Position numbers and translations under genes: made by a program | In this document: one piece after another, positions 62,612 through 64,000 of the stretch | How the letters are laid out: every line of letters starts with the position of its first letter | Position numbering within the stretch: the first letter of the stretch is position 1 | Source of the DNA: an uncultured Pseudomonadales bacterium | GTDB lineage: Bacteria > Patescibacteriota > Microgenomatia > UBA1400 > PJMF01 | Direction: 5' to 3' | Assembly (NCBI GenBank): GCA_964412775.1 | Contig: CAYPPX010000001.1 | Span: 1,122-65,121, forward strand | DNA length: 64,000 bases | Notes under the pieces: model-generated | Told to the model about the DNA's origin: nothing | The model's input: only the letters and a program-made list of their open reading frames with translations | Database searches by the model: none

Positions 62612-63776
62612 TGCTACTAAAATTTTAATTTTTATTCTTTTTATTTTGGCTTTATTGAGCGGTTATAACTTTTTTCAAAAGCCATTTATTAAAATGATCG
62701 AGAAAAAGCAAGCTGAACTAAAGCTGGCTCAAAGTATGCCGGTGGTTACGCCGGTTATTACTACTAATGAGGACGCAGTTTTTTCGAACTTAACTACTGA
62801 ACAAAAAATTTGGCAATTAATTAGTGTGCCTGTTTCTTTATCAGAATACACCACTGCTACCACCTCAGCTGAACTGGAGTTTATTTATCAACATAACCCT
62901 GGGTTTGTCACTATTTTTGGTTCCAAATTAGATCTAGAAACAGTTAAAAATTTTACTAATAATTTACCAGCTTCAGAAGCAGGCTTTAAAACTTTGGTAG
63001 CAGTTGATCATGAGGGTGGAACAGTTCAACGTTTAACTGGTGATGGTTTTACCACTTTACCTAGTTGGGCTAATTTATGTATGGAGACTGCAGCCGAAAA
63101 AATCTCTTTTTTTGAAACTTCTGCCAGGGAACTTCGTTCTGCCGGTATTAATATTGTTTTTGCTCCGGTAATTGATGTGCCAAGAGTGGGATCGTTTTTG
63201 AAATCAAGAGCTTGTCAAAGTCAAGTCGCTTCTTTAGACACAGCTGAAAGTTATATTAAGGCTTTTGGTGAGCAGGGTATTTTCCCAGTGGTAAAACACT
63301 ATCCAGGTATTGGGAGTTTAACCAAAGACTTACATGATTATCAGGCCGAAGTTTACCCTGGGTCTCAAGATACTTTGCCTTTTCAAAAGGTTTTTGAGGC
63401 TTTTCCAAATATTGGGGTAATGACAGCCCATGTGATTGTTCCTGATAGAACCGATGGTTTGCCTTGTAGTTTAAGTTCAGTTTGCTTGGATCCTTTTCCA
63501 ATTCATTTTCCTGATGTAATGATTTTTGTTGATGCTTTGGAGATGAAATCGGCTGTGACTCAAGATGAAAACGGTGAGGATGTTTCTTTGGCAACTACGG
63601 CCAAAATGGCGTTGATGGCGGGAAATAATGTTTTGGTTTTTGGTGACAAATTAAATTACCAAGAATTAGAATTAATTGTGGGTGAGTTGGTTAAAGTTTA
63701 TGACGAAGATAGTGAGTTTAGATCAAAAGTAGATGCTAGTGTTTATAAGATATTAGATAAAAAAATTTTTGACTAA
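62598..63776 (+). CDS. Glycoside hydrolase family 3 beta-N-acetylhexosaminidase-like (NagZ-like), membrane-anchored
   Basis: N-terminal TM; KHYPGIGS (KHFPGHG-like GH3 motif) and Asp-rich catalytic region (FAPVIDV). Confidence 0.6.
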   Translation: MIKNNATKILIFILFILALLSGYNFFQKPFIKMIEKKQAELKLAQSMPVVTPVITTNEDAVFSNLTTEQKIWQLISVPVSLSEYTTATTSAELEFIYQHNPGFVTIFGSKLDLETVKNFTNNLPASEAGFKTLVAVDHEGGTVQRLTGDGFTTLPSWANLCMETAAEKISFFETSARELRSAGINIVFAPVIDVPRVGSFLKSRACQSQVASLDTAESYIKAFGEQGIFPVVKHYPGIGSLTKDLHDYQAEVYPGSQDTLPFQKVFEAFPNIGVMTAHVIVPDRTDGLPCSLSSVCLDPFPIHFPDVMIFVDALEMKSAVTQDENGEDVSLATTAKMALMAGNNVLVFGDKLNYQELELIVGELVKVYDEDSEFRSKVDASVYKILDKKIFD

Positions 63777-63784
63777 AAGTAATT

Positions 63785-64000
63785 ATGAATAAAGAAATTT
63801 TTAAAGAAGTAGTCAACCAATTTGGCAAGCATTTTTTAACAGTTGTCGCTTATGTATTGGTCTTATTACCGTTTATCCAGGGTTGGTTTAGTTGGTTGCT
63901 ATTTTTAATTGGTGCTATTTTGGGAGTGAGTTTGGCGATTGCTGATGCTAAGTATTTGTATACTCTTTATCAAGAAGAGCAGCCTGTTGATCAAGCTGAT
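63785..64000 (+). CDS. 3' partial CDS, hypothetical membrane protein (continues beyond the window)
   Basis: ATG at 63785 with an open frame to the window edge; hydrophobic segment. Confidence 0.3.
   Translation, partial: MNKEIFKEVVNQFGKHFLTVVAYVLVLLPFIQGWFSWLLFLIGAILGVSLAIADAKYLYTLYQEEQPVDQAD

Noticed and set aside
1-64000. CRISPR arrays, transposases, integrases, relaxases, tRNA/rRNA genes
   Set aside because: No regularly spaced direct repeats with unique spacers were seen. The only tandem repeat is the 9-bp tract at 45581-45640. No DDE transposase, tyrosine/serine recombinase or MOB relaxase signatures were seen in any ORF. No cloverleaf-like GTTCGA-containing tRNA candidates were noticed in the intergenic regions.

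Overview
This low-GC, gene-dense bacterial window spans a chromosomal replication-origin region. A perfect DnaA box (TTATCCACA) and an AT-rich tract lie between dnaA and dnaN. The local gene order is dnaA-dnaN-rpmH-rnpA-yidD-yidC-jag-rnhA, all on one strand. Housekeeping genes include radA, valS, uppS, rplY, recF, pth, an ATP-dependent DNA ligase, a Fic protein, yvcK-like, an Nnr dehydratase and a GT2 glycosyltransferase. Cell-envelope genes include VanW-, SpoIID-, NagZ-like, SBP and sortase-like proteins. The main accessory content is a T4SS-like or pilus-like system spread over three loci. (1) 15.6-37.1 kb holds a Cys-rich secreted protein with a C-terminal pilin-like module, a standalone pilin-like protein and an 889-aa Cys-rich secreted protein. 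It continues with a multi-TM VirB6-like protein, divergent giant proteins (1118 aa and 1192 aa, the latter with a glycine-zipper TM and a C-terminal M23 peptidase domain), small membrane proteins in VirB8/VirB3-like positions and a VirB4/TrbE-family ATPase that ends about 100 bp before dnaA. (2) 50.2-53.1 kb is a tandem array of seven paralogous small pilin-like proteins sharing a conserved loop (EWITSGGDKGKTEAARNKIT) between two hydrophobic helices, followed by a rho-independent terminator. It lies divergently from an ECF-type sigma factor and a small anti-sigma candidate coupled to it by start/stop overlap. (3) 3.0-5.2 kb encodes an isolated VirD4/TraG-like P-loop ATPase with no N-terminal TM segments. 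No relaxase, integrase or transposase is visible, so the system looks chromosomal and core rather than a mobile conjugative element. Further features are a GC-rich ~30-nt element present three times in intergenic DNA, a 9-bp tandem repeat (about 6 copies), terminator-bounded noncoding regions that may hold small RNAs, a hairpin that sequesters an SD, and consensus or extended -10 promoters sitting directly on start codons (leaderless-like). The gene content and giant or Cys-rich proteins fit a Patescibacteria/CPR-like or similar reduced-genome organism (inference). Every functional call rests on motif recognition by eye and needs a profile search to confirm.
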